IMG/VR virus record: IMGVR_UViG_3300010167_000022
Direction: 5' to 3' (one strand)
Source: a virus
Length of the DNA: 64,000 nt
In this document: positions 19,693-29,335 of the stretch, in pieces
Numbering within the stretch: the first letter of the stretch is position 1
Layout of the letters: each line of letters starts with the position of its first letter
Notes under the pieces: model-generated
Seen by the model: only the letters and a program-made list of their open reading frames with translations
The model's database searches: none
Told to the model about the DNA's origin: nothing
Position numbers and translations under genes: made by a program

Positions 19693-20136
19693 CTAACAGT
19701 ATATTTTTGACTTCGGTGTCATTCCTCTGTGACAACACAATACCTCATAATCAGTCCTTGCATCAATAAGCGTCCACTGGATGAAGAACTCGTATTCTGG
19801 ATTGTTCTTCTCGACAACGTTTTTCAAGTATGCCATAATTGTGTCTACTACCTTATCTTGCATGCCTCGTGCATTCTTTACTGAGAATTTTAGCGATGGA
19901 TTTCTTTTGTTATATTCCTTATCGAAATTATATGTAACACGATTTTCATATACGATATTCCCATCGTCATAATAGTGAATACCGAAGTGATTGCAATAGA
20001 GTTTTTCGTTCTTATTGAAGTCGCACCTATATTCTTTGCAATAGTATTCGCGCTCGAACTCAATTTTGAAGTTGGCTAAACAGTCGTTGATAAATTGCTT
20101 ACGTGCCTTATGTTGCTTATATAAATTGATAATCAT
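19693..20136 (-). CDS. hypothetical protein, possibly an HNH-type homing endonuclease; locally GC-richer than neighbours
   Basis: ORF 147 aa; Cys/His pattern YRCDFNKNEKLYCNHFGIHYYDDGN; composition shift visible by eye. Confidence 0.4.
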   Translation of the reverse strand: MIINLYKQHKARKQFINDCLANFKIEFEREYYCKEYRCDFNKNEKLYCNHFGIHYYDDGNIVYENRVTYNFDKEYNKRNPSLKFSVKNARGMQDKVVDTIMAYLKNVVEKNNPEYEFFIQWTLIDARTDYEVLCCHRGMTPKSKIYC

Positions 20137-20258
20137 TTATAAACCCTCCAAATTGTCTCTTGAATTTTATTAAAAACTAAATATTTGAGTTGCGGAATGA
20201 TTTTTGCTAAAAATTTATCATTGGTTCTTCTATTAAGATTATTTATTATATATATCAT

Positions 20259-20432
20259 AATAATATTAGAAAATTATTTTTGCATCCATTCAAAGCCTAT
20301 AAAATGAGCAGGCCGGTTATACTCATCTCGCCACCTAGTTAGTTTTTTAAAAATAAATGGTAATAGTTTATAGTAATATGGGAGAGGAATCGCTGGTTCC
20401 CAACTTCCTTCTTTATTTTGTTGACTATTCAT
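20259..20432 (-). CDS. small hypothetical protein, about 57 aa
   Basis: manual: GGAGGA RBS then ATGAATAGTCAACAA...; not in track. Confidence 0.35.
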
Positions 20433-20465
20433 ATATAATTTCCTCCAAATTATTTTCTCTTTCTA

Positions 20466-20903
20466 TTAATCGGTTAACCCATTCAATACATTATTGATAA
20501 CATACTGTGCATATTTATCTGTCTTTGCTTTATTGTCTTTATAGACTACTTCTCCTGAATCATATATTAATGCTATAATTTTACTATCATCGCTATGATG
20601 TATTGTTTCCCATGCTTCAATAATAATATAATCTTTACAATCAAAATCTGCTAATATATTAACCCAATTACTATATCTATATAGTTGTTCTATTTCTGTG
20701 TTTAACTTTACTGCTCCAAGCATATCAAATCTACTTTCTAACCCCGCAAACATAGTTCGCCAGTCCAGCGATGGTGAAATAATGTCTTTAAATTCTTCCG
20801 TCGTAATTTCTTTACCGTCAACAATTATACCGCCTTCTAGTGTATCTGCATCTTGAACACCATATTCTTCACATAATTGTAAATACAAATCCTTATTAAA
20901 CAA
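20466..20903 (-). CDS. hypothetical protein (paralog of 53868..54164)
   Basis: ORF 145 aa; MFNKDLYLQLCEEYGVQDAD compared with MFDINLYLQLCKEYGVQAAD. Confidence 0.55.
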   Translation of the reverse strand: MFNKDLYLQLCEEYGVQDADTLEGGIIVDGKEITTEEFKDIISPSLDWRTMFAGLESRFDMLGAVKLNTEIEQLYRYSNWVNILADFDCKDYIIIEAWETIHHSDDSKIIALIYDSGEVVYKDNKAKTDKYAQYVINNVLNGLTD

Positions 20904-20920
20904 TCATATCACCTCTTTTA

Positions 20921-20948
20921 TTTTAATAGAATGCCTGTTCTATTCAGA
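20921..20948. promoter_or_regulatory. PeSL-like palindromic intergenic element
   Basis: ttttaatagaatgcctgttctattcaga; overlaps the stop codon of the upstream gene. Confidence 0.55.
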
Positions 20949-21602
20949 CTTGTATGACTTGTAGACTCTATTATTTAACCAGATAGCAATAGAGTCAAGG
21001 TTCTGAAATACTTTGCCGCCATTCTCTATAACCATTATTGCAACAGCCCTAAGAGACTTAATTTCATCATTATCAAACGTAAGTCCATCATCTTCTTCTA
21101 AAAAACAAAACAATGTTTTTTCTGGTCGCTTATTGCTGTCATCTACTACTTCAGCAATTGAAAATACACCATGCATTTTTGGAGTGATCACATATAAGCA
21201 ATAGTCGCACTCTTCACGCTGTTTGCATTCTTCTACCATACACTCTGGAGTCCAATCATCAACAACAGGGTTAAAATAGCCTATTTTTAACATGCTTATT
21301 AGTAAATCTCTCCAAGTGCTATTATTACATGTACCGCCTAAGAATACTTTTTTCTTTTTCGCATCTTTTCTTTCAAATAAATATTCAGGCCATAAAAGTG
21401 TCCCACCATCTTCTTTTATCTCATACACTATACGATTCATCTTTTTTATTACTCTGCTAATTGTTACAATTTTTCCTTTGAATTTCCCCATTGGTGGGAC
21501 ACAATGTTTTGTTCCACCATCAATCTCATAAGTGAAATCTTTTCTTATTATTAAAACATCTCCAATATTATATAATGGAGTTAATATTGTTCCATCATTC
21601 AT
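20940..21602 (-). CDS. nucleoside 2-deoxyribosyltransferase-like (Rcl/DUF4406-fold) protein with an N-terminal beta domain
   Basis: KKVFLGGTCNNSTW...CDYCLYVITPKMHGVFSIAEVVDD resembles the NDT family core with its catalytic Glu. Confidence 0.35.
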   Translation of the reverse strand: MNDGTILTPLYNIGDVLIIRKDFTYEIDGGTKHCVPPMGKFKGKIVTISRVIKKMNRIVYEIKEDGGTLLWPEYLFERKDAKKKKVFLGGTCNNSTWRDLLISMLKIGYFNPVVDDWTPECMVEECKQREECDYCLYVITPKMHGVFSIAEVVDDSNKRPEKTLFCFLEEDDGLTFDNDEIKSLRAVAIMVIENGGKVFQNLDSIAIWLNNRVYKSYKSE

Positions 21603-21617
21603 TATGATAACGCCCTT

Positions 21618-22931
21618 TTAATTATAATCTATTATTTCTTGTGCTTCTTCAATATCAGGTGATGTAGCTGAGTCTTTAATAATTCCCTCAATAACTTTGA
21701 AGTGCCAGTTTTTATGCTTAAATGCTGTAAATCTTTCTCTGTTTTCAATTCTAACAACTATGCCTTCTTTTATATGTGTTTTACCAATTGGATCGAACCC
21801 ATCACAATATTTATTTGCATGCTCCATAAGATCTTCAAATGTTGTATAAGTAAAACGTTCATATGTAGGACAATACCTAACCCCCATTTGTTCGCAACGA
21901 AGCTTCACTAATCCATATGGATACTCAACTACATAGCCATCCTCATTTGTAATTGTCATTCTATATACATAGGTTTGGCTCTCACCGTCATCACAACCAT
22001 ATGAAAAACGTGTCTTGTCACCATATTGTTTAATGAATTCTTTATCATTAACTTTTTTATTCGAGCAATCTGCCATTATAGGAGTGTTGGGGGAAACATA
22101 TCCAACAACCTCATAATAAACAGTTTCACCTTTTTGAAGTTTGCCAACAAATCTGTCATGATGCCGTTGTCGAAAAGCATTACTTCCATAGTAGCCACCA
22201 TTTAAGTCTTTTAGCACAACTCTTCTTGTTCCGCATACATATTCCCATGATTTTTTAATTTTAGGTAACAATCTTAACGCTTTAAATATTTTAACTAACC
22301 AATATGGCAAATATTTTCTTGTCTCTTTTAATGTATAAGATGTGCGTTGTGAGGTTCCATGCATCTTTAAAGTAATTTCACACTGATCTCCTTCTTTAAA
22401 AGCGTTTTTATTATATACAAGCTGTGATGTATCATAATGTTCCATAAATAAGGGAAAACTTGTTTTATCATATATTTTTTTAGATTTCTCTTTATTTTTC
22501 CCCACACTTTGTCTACGATGTTTGCCCATAGGAATATACTTTTCACAAATTAAAAGTCCATTTAATATAGTTATAGAATCTCCTTCATTAAGTATAGAAA
22601 CATCTGTAAATTTATTAAGTGAAATCAATGGCATAAATAAACCATCGCTCATTTCACCTCTTAGTTTTATAGCTTTAATATTTCGCTTTTCAGGATCAAG
22701 AAATCCACCTATTTGATTTCCATCTGCATCTTTATTACGTAGAAGATTATTTGCCGCGCAATACTCATTGCATAGTTTACCATCTATTGGGAAATAAATT
22801 CCTAATTCATCTTCTGATATATTTGTACTTACTATAACGTTGTTTCCAAAACACTCTCCAATCAGGAGTTTATCAGCATTTGTATGTCTTCTTAAGTTTT
22901 TTATTCTTGTTATATATGCGCAATAAGCCAT
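21618..22931 (-). CDS. ATP-dependent RNA ligase (Rnl2/Rnl5-like, with an N-terminal extension)
   Basis: nucleotidyltransferase motif I LKMHGTSQR (KxHGxx) at about aa 190; 437 aa. Confidence 0.6.
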   Translation of the reverse strand: MAYCAYITRIKNLRRHTNADKLLIGECFGNNVIVSTNISEDELGIYFPIDGKLCNEYCAANNLLRNKDADGNQIGGFLDPEKRNIKAIKLRGEMSDGLFMPLISLNKFTDVSILNEGDSITILNGLLICEKYIPMGKHRRQSVGKNKEKSKKIYDKTSFPLFMEHYDTSQLVYNKNAFKEGDQCEITLKMHGTSQRTSYTLKETRKYLPYWLVKIFKALRLLPKIKKSWEYVCGTRRVVLKDLNGGYYGSNAFRQRHHDRFVGKLQKGETVYYEVVGYVSPNTPIMADCSNKKVNDKEFIKQYGDKTRFSYGCDDGESQTYVYRMTITNEDGYVVEYPYGLVKLRCEQMGVRYCPTYERFTYTTFEDLMEHANKYCDGFDPIGKTHIKEGIVVRIENRERFTAFKHKNWHFKVIEGIIKDSATSPDIEEAQEIIDYN

Positions 22932-22958
22932 TTTAATTTAATCTCCTTATTATTTAAT

Positions 22959-22987
22959 ATTTGAATAGAATGAATATTTGATTAAAA
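22959..22987. promoter_or_regulatory. PeSL-like element, degenerate second arm
   Basis: tttgaatagaatgaatatttgattaaaag. Confidence 0.3.
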
Positions 22988-23019
22988 GTTAAATCTTAAA
23001 ACTGTGTGAATATTTGTAA

Positions 23020-23328
23020 TTAATCTTTGACTATTTGCTCAACAATATAGTTATATACATGCATATATTTTGCAAGTTTTTTTGATAGTTTTACTAATGC
23101 TATTTTTACGGCTTCTTCAAAAGTAAAATTGGTTCCTTTGCCTAACTCATAACATATTAATCCAAAGCTATGCGCAGATAACAACCATGAAGTAGGATCA
23201 TAATGAATATGCCTATGGATTATAATTTCGAATCCGTTAATCTCTGCCTTGTATGTGTGTGGAACCATATCTTCTATTTGTGTGCCTTTGCTATAAGTCG
23301 ATATGTCTTCCCATATTAATTTACTCAT
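23020..23328 (-). CDS. hypothetical protein
   Basis: ORF 102 aa. Confidence 0.5.
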   Translation of the reverse strand: MSKLIWEDISTYSKGTQIEDMVPHTYKAEINGFEIIIHRHIHYDPTSWLLSAHSFGLICYELGKGTNFTFEEAVKIALVKLSKKLAKYMHVYNYIVEQIVKD

Positions 23329-23418
23329 AAATAATTCCTTTCTAATTAATATTATTAAATGTTATTTCTATTTCCTATTACATCCTATGCTTCTTCAATA
23401 TAGGTATAATTTTATTTA

Positions 23419-23616
23419 TCAAGTTTCATAATTAATAAAACCGTAGCCTTTTAACAAATAACAATGATTATATTTTTCAAATGCTATTTTTGCCTCGATT
23501 GTTTTTGAAATTGCTTTATCAAACTTATTATCATTAAGATACTTTGCTGCCTGTGCGCTTGCCTGTATATATTCTATTTGGTATTTCGATATTAGTTTAT
23601 CAAACTCGCTTTGCAT
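23419..23616 (-). CDS. hypothetical protein
   Basis: ORF 65 aa. Confidence 0.4.
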   Translation of the reverse strand: MQSEFDKLISKYQIEYIQASAQAAKYLNDNKFDKAISKTIEAKIAFEKYNHCYLLKGYGFINYET

Positions 23617-23631
23617 ATTTCTATCTCCTTT

Positions 23632-23831
23632 TTACTTTTTGTTATTAGTTGCACTTAAAATTATTTTATCTCCAATATAGTCATTATCATCTATATTTAA
23701 AACTTTTCCACATCCTTTACATATAATATATTCAACATATTCGCTTGGAGTATTCATAGTAGTCTCAATATCTATAAATTCATAAGTATATACATGATCA
23801 CACTCTTTGCATTTTTAGCAAATTCTTTCAT
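23632..23831 (-). pseudogene. small zinc-ribbon ORF broken by a 1-nt frameshift at an A5 run (MKEFAKN | CKECDHV...CKGCGKV)
   Basis: GGAG RBS then ATG, 19-codon frame, then a +1 frame open to 23632 containing two CxxC pairs. Confidence 0.3.
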
Positions 23832-23883
23832 AACAAATTCTCCTAATATTTTAATTTGCTTGGTAACCAGCTAAATACTCATT

Positions 23884-24246
23884 CTAATAGCTTAATGGAA
23901 TAATAACTTTTCGTCCAATAAACAACTTTATAATATCGCAATAAATTTCAATATGACTATCTCCAAAGAATACATATCCTAACTCTTTTATTCTGCCTCT
24001 ATATTTTGTTGGCTTGCTTTTACAATATTCCTTCTTCCAATTTTTACATGATGGATATTGATCAAATAATCTTTCTTTTCCATCGTGATAATTAATATCT
24101 TTATAATATTCTATTTCAAGCGTTCTTTTATCTCCAAGAATTACTTGGACAAGAATTTTAAGTTCATCTTCTATCATAGGAATAATTGCCTTATCCTTGA
24201 ATATCCTTGCGCGATGATTTATATTTTCTCTACTTTCTTGTTTCAT
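23884..24246 (-). CDS. hypothetical protein
   Basis: ORF 120 aa. Confidence 0.5.
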   Translation of the reverse strand: MKQESRENINHRARIFKDKAIIPMIEDELKILVQVILGDKRTLEIEYYKDINYHDGKERLFDQYPSCKNWKKEYCKSKPTKYRGRIKELGYVFFGDSHIEIYCDIIKLFIGRKVIIPLSY

Positions 24247-24284
24247 ATATTTTATTCTCCTTCAAAATTTATATTAACAAATAA

Positions 24285-24419
24285 TTAATTATTACATACT
24301 TCGCATGTTATACTATTGCCCCATGTAAAATATCCAATTGTAAGTCCAGTTTTTAATCCAGATAAAACACAAATTAAAGAAATAATTATTGCATAAATTG
24401 TAAATGTAGTACGACTCAT
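24285..24419 (-). CDS. small membrane peptide, 44 aa
   Basis: manual: MSRTTFTIYAIIISLICVLSGLKTGL...; not in track. Confidence 0.3.
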   Translation of the reverse strand: MSRTTFTIYAIIISLICVLSGLKTGLTIGYFTWGNSITCEVCNN

Positions 24420-24474
24420 TAACATTCTCCTATTCCTAGCATTACTTTATTTGGAGCGAATATATAAATAGCTT

Positions 24475-25104
24475 CTAATTATATAATTTATTAAAATAGC
24501 TTAAATTATCAATAAAGTTAATAGTATTATTTTCTATTGATACAAACTCAATTACTGCCTCATTTAACTCTGACAATGATTGTTCTACATATTCTTCTTC
24601 ATCGCACCTTGTAAACAAAAATTCTACACTAGAATCACATGATGTATTCTTTAGTATAAAGTAAGGGCTTTCATTTTCATCTAATGATTTTATATCATCA
24701 GCAATCTCTGTAAATCTTTTTATTATATGTTCTAAATTTAAATAAGAAGTTTTTTCTTCATTTTGGATATGATATTTATTATTAGTAGATAAAAAATGTT
24801 TTATTCCTTGTATAATAATATCTTTGTCTTTTGTATGAAATATCTGTTGATTTGATAATTCCCAGCATATTCTATCTGAAAGACTATTGCAATTATTTAT
24901 TATATCATTTAATTTTGGATGAAGTTCATTACCATCTCTAATCATATTTTTCCTGTATCCAAATTCTGTTTGTATTTCTTTTTTCATATATTTATCAAGC
25001 AATACATCCCAAATTATTGGACTAAATAACCATGAATTACTATACTCAAATTCTATACTGCCATAAAACTCTTTATCAATTACATATAAACTGCTATGAC
25101 TCAT
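24475..25104 (-). CDS. hypothetical protein
   Basis: ORF 209 aa. Confidence 0.5.
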   Translation of the reverse strand: MSHSSLYVIDKEFYGSIEFEYSNSWLFSPIIWDVLLDKYMKKEIQTEFGYRKNMIRDGNELHPKLNDIINNCNSLSDRICWELSNQQIFHTKDKDIIIQGIKHFLSTNNKYHIQNEEKTSYLNLEHIIKRFTEIADDIKSLDENESPYFILKNTSCDSSVEFLFTRCDEEEYVEQSLSELNEAVIEFVSIENNTINFIDNLSYFNKLYN

Positions 25105-25140
25105 ATAAAATCTCCTTTTTATTTTAATAAAATAAGCCTT

Positions 25141-25359
25141 CTATTGAAACATTGGCAAAATCATACCTATGAAAAATATTGCAATTATAAATATTGAAAT
25201 CAAAATCAAACAAGCATAATCAAATTTATGTCGTTTGTCTTCGACTACCTCTGGATCAGGTGGCCCTGGAAATCCTAAATCAAAATCCTCTTTTACAGTT
25301 ATAGGTTCAGGAATCCTAGTTAACTCTTTAGGCAACTTAACTTCTTCATTTTTTCTCAT
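25141..25359 (-). CDS. small membrane protein (C-terminal TM)
   Basis: ORF 72 aa. Confidence 0.45.
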   Translation of the reverse strand: MRKNEEVKLPKELTRIPEPITVKEDFDLGFPGPPDPEVVEDKRHKFDYACLILISIFIIAIFFIGMILPMFQ

Positions 25360-25376
25360 TAATACCCCTCAATTCA

Positions 25377-25664
25377 CTACTTATATTTATATTTATATTT
25401 ATTATATTTAAACGGCCTAACCCATTCATGAATATTCCAACACTTTGAAGCATTCCATACTTGCTCTGCTTTACATGAGCAGCCACAGTTCTGGCAGTCA
25501 TAATCAGCAGTATACTTTACAATTCTAAAACAGTCTGAAATATGTTTGTCTTCCTCTATATTATTTGTAACAGTGACATTTGAACTGTTACAGAATGCAC
25601 AACATTTATCTGTGATTTCCTTTGGTTTTTTGAAAAATGAATCTATTTTATCAATAATTACCAT
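25377..25664 (-). CDS. Cys-rich small protein
   Basis: ORF 95 aa; CCAFCNSS...CQNCGCSCK. Confidence 0.45.
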   Translation of the reverse strand: MVIIDKIDSFFKKPKEITDKCCAFCNSSNVTVTNNIEEDKHISDCFRIVKYTADYDCQNCGCSCKAEQVWNASKCWNIHEWVRPFKYNKYKYKYK

Positions 25665-25722
25665 TAGTTTGCTCCTAGTATTTTAATCAAATAATTCTTC
25701 TATTAAAATATTCATTAACATA

Positions 25723-25884
25723 CTAAGGCAAATTCTTATATATAGAAATACCGACAATACATAGCAATAATGCAAGTAATGCCATTGATCTTTCAAAATT
25801 AAAAATATTCAGAAGATATGTAGATCCCAAAATTAACAGTAGCATTACTAGCAAGATTGCTATTGTCTGAAAAAACCTTTTCAT
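25723..25884 (-). CDS. small membrane protein, 53 aa
   Basis: manual: MKRFFQTIAILLVMLLLILGSTYLL...; not in track. Confidence 0.35.
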   Translation of the reverse strand: MKRFFQTIAILLVMLLLILGSTYLLNIFNFERSMALLALLLCIVGISIYKNLP

Positions 25885-25944
25885 GATATGTTCTCTCCTA
25901 GAATTTATTTACATACAAACATTCTCATCTTCCGTATACATATA

Positions 25945-25972
25945 TTTTAATAGAACTGCACTTCTATTAAAA
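25945..25972. promoter_or_regulatory. PeSL-like palindromic intergenic element
   Basis: ttttaatagaactgcacttctattaaaa. Confidence 0.55.
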
Positions 25973-26063
25973 TATTTTATGCCTTTGCGGTATGATATCA
26001 TACTATCTATATGAATTATTTATGCCTATAAAGCATAATTATAGTATATCTATTCGCCGCCAT

Positions 26064-26342
26064 ATCAATGCAACATTTCTGCTAAATATTTATCGTTATT
26101 ACATAATGTATATATTCCAGTTGGATATTCATATATATATCCATCGTCTAGCCATGATTTAACTTTAGAATTAATAATCTCTATTGGAATACTTTTATCA
26201 AGATTGTCATACAACTGCTTTAATGAAAAAGATTTAAGCTTATAAATTACATTTAATATCTTAGCATTATATATTTCTGAATTATTAGCATTAATTTCTA
26301 ACTTATAAAATCCACCTATTTTTTTATTAAATATATTTTTTA
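26064..26342 (-). pseudogene. open frame without an ATG start, paralogous to 35570..35700 (shared ...SKVKSWLDDGYIYEYPTGIY...); possible gene fragment or fusion
   Basis: conservative protein-level substitutions between the two copies; offset -1 from the upstream 71-aa ORF; no start codon found. Confidence 0.3.
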
Positions 26343-26345
26343 TTC

Positions 26346-26561
26346 TTAAGAGAACACTATATCATCGAACTTCCTAGAATCAGAATCTTTTGTTATTTTA
26401 ACTAGCTTCCCGTCTACAACCTCACATAAATGATACACATTACGCTCTGTTGGCTTCCCAATACATACATGTGTAATCTTTCCATCTTTCCAATAGCCTA
26501 CCCATATAACAACCCCTTTTGGAATCTGAGGAAATCCATGTTCTTTTAGGTATGGATGCAT
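26346..26561 (-). CDS. hypothetical protein
   Basis: ORF 71 aa downstream of a consensus promoter. Confidence 0.5.
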   Translation of the reverse strand: MHPYLKEHGFPQIPKGVVIWVGYWKDGKITHVCIGKPTERNVYHLCEVVDGKLVKITKDSDSRKFDDIVFS

Positions 26562-26593
26562 TAATTATAATCCTTTCTATATATCATTTGTAT

Positions 26594-26622
26594 ATTATAA
26601 TATAACGTTTGTATATTGTCAA
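26594..26622 (-). promoter_or_regulatory. perfect consensus sigma70 promoter TTGACA-N17-TATAAT
   Basis: revcomp reads tacTTGACAatatacaaacgttatatTATAAT. Confidence 0.6.
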
Positions 26623-26769
26623 GTATCAATCAATTGATATATTCCTACAAATCTTTTCCCGGCTGTATAAATGTAACATGGAATAGCCATCTATACAAGT
26701 TTCTAATGGCGCAGAAATTTCTTATTGTTCTTGTTTTTTTGGTATAGGAATATTTGGGCCAAGTGGAAT

Positions 26770-26913
26770 CTATGAAATATTTCCATTGCAATTCGGGCAT
26801 TTATATTTGCTTCCATCTAAAAATGATTTTACTTCTTTTTTACTATAATAAGTCCATTCTGTTCTACATAACCAACAACTTAATGAATATTTAGACATCA
26901 AAAATTTAAACAT
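26770..26913 (-). CDS. small zinc-ribbon protein, 47 aa
   Basis: manual: GGAGGTG RBS then ATG; ...CWLCRTEW...CPNCNG; not in track. Confidence 0.4.
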   Translation of the reverse strand: MFKFLMSKYSLSCWLCRTEWTYYSKKEVKSFLDGSKYKCPNCNGNIS

Positions 26914-27088
26914 TCAATTTATCACCACACCTCCATTTTTATTTTATAGCATCTTAATAATGACATATTAATATCATTATCAAGATACCATAAAATGTAT
27001 AGCAAATTTCTATCCCCCTAATATCTATTGTATATTGTAATGTGATATATCAGAAAAGGCTTTCGCCTAATCTGTTATTTACTTATTT

Positions 27089-28189
27089 TTATCCAATATC
27101 TCTATAAATTACATTTCGCAATATATCTCTGCGTATAGATACGCTTAATAATTTTGCGCTTGCCGCTGAACATGCATTGTTGTATCCTTCATCGTGACTT
27201 GCCCGGTCATCATTTGTATTAAAAAATCCTTTAACCCTCTCTGCGAAGTCTTCTGCGCTTATACATCTCTGAATAGCAATTATAGCCATGTACATTAATG
27301 AAACCATGTGCGTTTTTCTATTCTTTATTTTATTAGACATTTTTTTCATGTCTGCCATAATAACAAAGAATGTCTTCATATAGTCAAGTGCTTTTGTCAT
27401 TTCTTCTTCCTGCTCAGGAGTTATTTCTTGCGTCCAAAGAATATGTCTTCCGTTTTTATCGTTCATCAATGAATGGTTACTAGCGTATGCCATTATTGCT
27501 GCATCTGCCGGAATATCTTCGTCTTCCAACTTCTTTTTCTTACTATCCTTTAATACACTGGCTATCCCCGGAAGTTTTGCAAGTTTAATGAATATATGTC
27601 TACTGCATATTCTTATACGGGAAAAGTCAGCAGGGGATATAGGTTTGTTGCTATTTATTTCAATGAAAAAATTAACCTTCTCTTCATGTGTCATATTAAA
27701 AAATGTAAAAGATAATAATACAGTTGATTTTAACTTATCCTGTATATCAGTAGGTAAGTCTTTAAAATATAGTCGTGCTATTACAAAATCTTCAGCAACT
27801 CCATCTTTTTCTACACGTATAGGTGGAACATCTTTATGGATAGAAAATTCTCCATGAATAAATCCTGAGATTGTTCTAATCCTCTGCTGTCCGTCTAACG
27901 CTTCGCTAGTCTTTTCAGCTTTGTTGAAGTACAATGGTGGTATTTGGACACCTCTTATTAAGGCGCGAATAAACATTCCTTTAACAATAGGATGCCAAAC
28001 ATCACCACGTTGTTCTAAAATATCTGTAATAATAGTTCTGTTTTTAAATTTGTTTGCAACACTTGATACACTCATATCAACCTTGCTTGACTCAGGTTCT
28101 ATTACTACATATACTGGCTTTACAACATGCTCGGGCACTATCATATTTGATTTTTCTTTTGCTTTTGCTTTTGTTCTTGCTGCTGGCAT
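27089..28189 (-). CDS. DUF262 / ParB-like nuclease-domain protein (GmrS-like N-terminal domain)
   Basis: LDGQQRIRTISGF (DGQQR signature motif); 366 aa. Confidence 0.55.
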   Translation of the reverse strand: MPAARTKAKAKEKSNMIVPEHVVKPVYVVIEPESSKVDMSVSSVANKFKNRTIITDILEQRGDVWHPIVKGMFIRALIRGVQIPPLYFNKAEKTSEALDGQQRIRTISGFIHGEFSIHKDVPPIRVEKDGVAEDFVIARLYFKDLPTDIQDKLKSTVLLSFTFFNMTHEEKVNFFIEINSNKPISPADFSRIRICSRHIFIKLAKLPGIASVLKDSKKKKLEDEDIPADAAIMAYASNHSLMNDKNGRHILWTQEITPEQEEEMTKALDYMKTFFVIMADMKKMSNKIKNRKTHMVSLMYMAIIAIQRCISAEDFAERVKGFFNTNDDRASHDEGYNNACSAASAKLLSVSIRRDILRNVIYRDIG

Positions 28190-28223
28190 AAAAGCATCTC
28201 CCTTCTAATTTGACTACTATTAT

Positions 28224-29279
28224 TTAAGATGTGTAACCAAATGCATACTTCCAATCGCTATAATCTTTCCTCCATCTCAATAATTTTAACATCAACTCTC
28301 CTTTGTCATTATACTCAACACGAAGATGATATGCAAGATATTTTGCAATTTCATATTCATAATTATCAATATCAGATGTAATTTTTACACCATTTATTTC
28401 TCCTTTTAGCTCACACTGATATAATCTATGAAATACACCTGATATGCGAACAGTAGAAGGAGATAGCTGTTCGCTTGATTTTGAAGTCTTATATATAACA
28501 CGTATAATACGATTTAATGAAGATAACGGAATCTGTGTTTGCTGTGTTCTTGCATTTTGCCTTAATTGTGGTCGTATTAAGTAGTCGTTATCTATTAGAG
28601 GAATCATTATATATTCTTCTGTTGTTGATTTTGTTGATCTTTCCGCCTGTGCATTTTTCTTTTCTATTCCATCAACATCTTGAAATCTAAGCCACAAATC
28701 AACTGTCTCGTCAGATAACTTTACAATATATCCACCCCCCAGCGTTATTGAATTTGTATTTAAATCAAGATCGGATTTTTTTAAATCTACAATATCATTG
28801 AATGTTAACCCGTCAAAAACCAAATGTAATACTAAACTATTTCGCATAGATGCATTAGGATAATTAACTGTATCAAGTCCATTAAAAATAATAGTTTTAA
28901 GCTGTTCATAATCCCCTAGCATCTTACTAGTGATTGTGCTTTTTTCTTTTAATGCATCTACAGTCATTATGTCAAAAGCCTTTTTGTCTTTTGTAATCCC
29001 CTTTACTAACAAAGCCCACGATGCATATCCTCTCATTGATGCTAAAAAATGAGATATTGATAAATCTCGTCTTATCCCTAGTGATAAAAATGCTATTTTT
29101 AATTCATCGTAAGTCATAAATATTATATCTGTACCATTATCGCCAGTTGAAACCTCTGCATCGTATAGTCGTTTAAAATAGTTTTCCAATGCAATTTTAT
29201 TGCTTTCCTTTTTTTCAAAATCAATGTACTCTTCTTTCAAATTCCTGTTAAACATTAATGTCCTAACTTGTTTACCCAC
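28224..29279 (-). CDS. hypothetical protein, possibly a degenerate tyrosine-recombinase-like fold
   Basis: 351 aa; RNSLVLHLVFDGLTFNDIVDLKKSDLD resembles recombinase box I; ...GVFHRLYQ...YLAYH; very uncertain. Confidence 0.45.
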   Translation of the reverse strand: MGKQVRTLMFNRNLKEEYIDFEKKESNKIALENYFKRLYDAEVSTGDNGTDIIFMTYDELKIAFLSLGIRRDLSISHFLASMRGYASWALLVKGITKDKKAFDIMTVDALKEKSTITSKMLGDYEQLKTIIFNGLDTVNYPNASMRNSLVLHLVFDGLTFNDIVDLKKSDLDLNTNSITLGGGYIVKLSDETVDLWLRFQDVDGIEKKNAQAERSTKSTTEEYIMIPLIDNDYLIRPQLRQNARTQQTQIPLSSLNRIIRVIYKTSKSSEQLSPSTVRISGVFHRLYQCELKGEINGVKITSDIDNYEYEIAKYLAYHLRVEYNDKGELMLKLLRWRKDYSDWKYAFGYTS

Positions 29280-29335
29280 GACTAATCACCATCCTTTATT
29301 TAATTTATACATAGTTTATATATCATGTTTCATAT

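Noticed and set aside
26064-26342. Fusion of ORF 26346..26561 with the downstream start-less frame by programmed -1 frameshift
   Set aside because: No slippery heptamer precedes the stop. A gene remnant is more likely, and it is kept only as a low-confidence pseudogene note.
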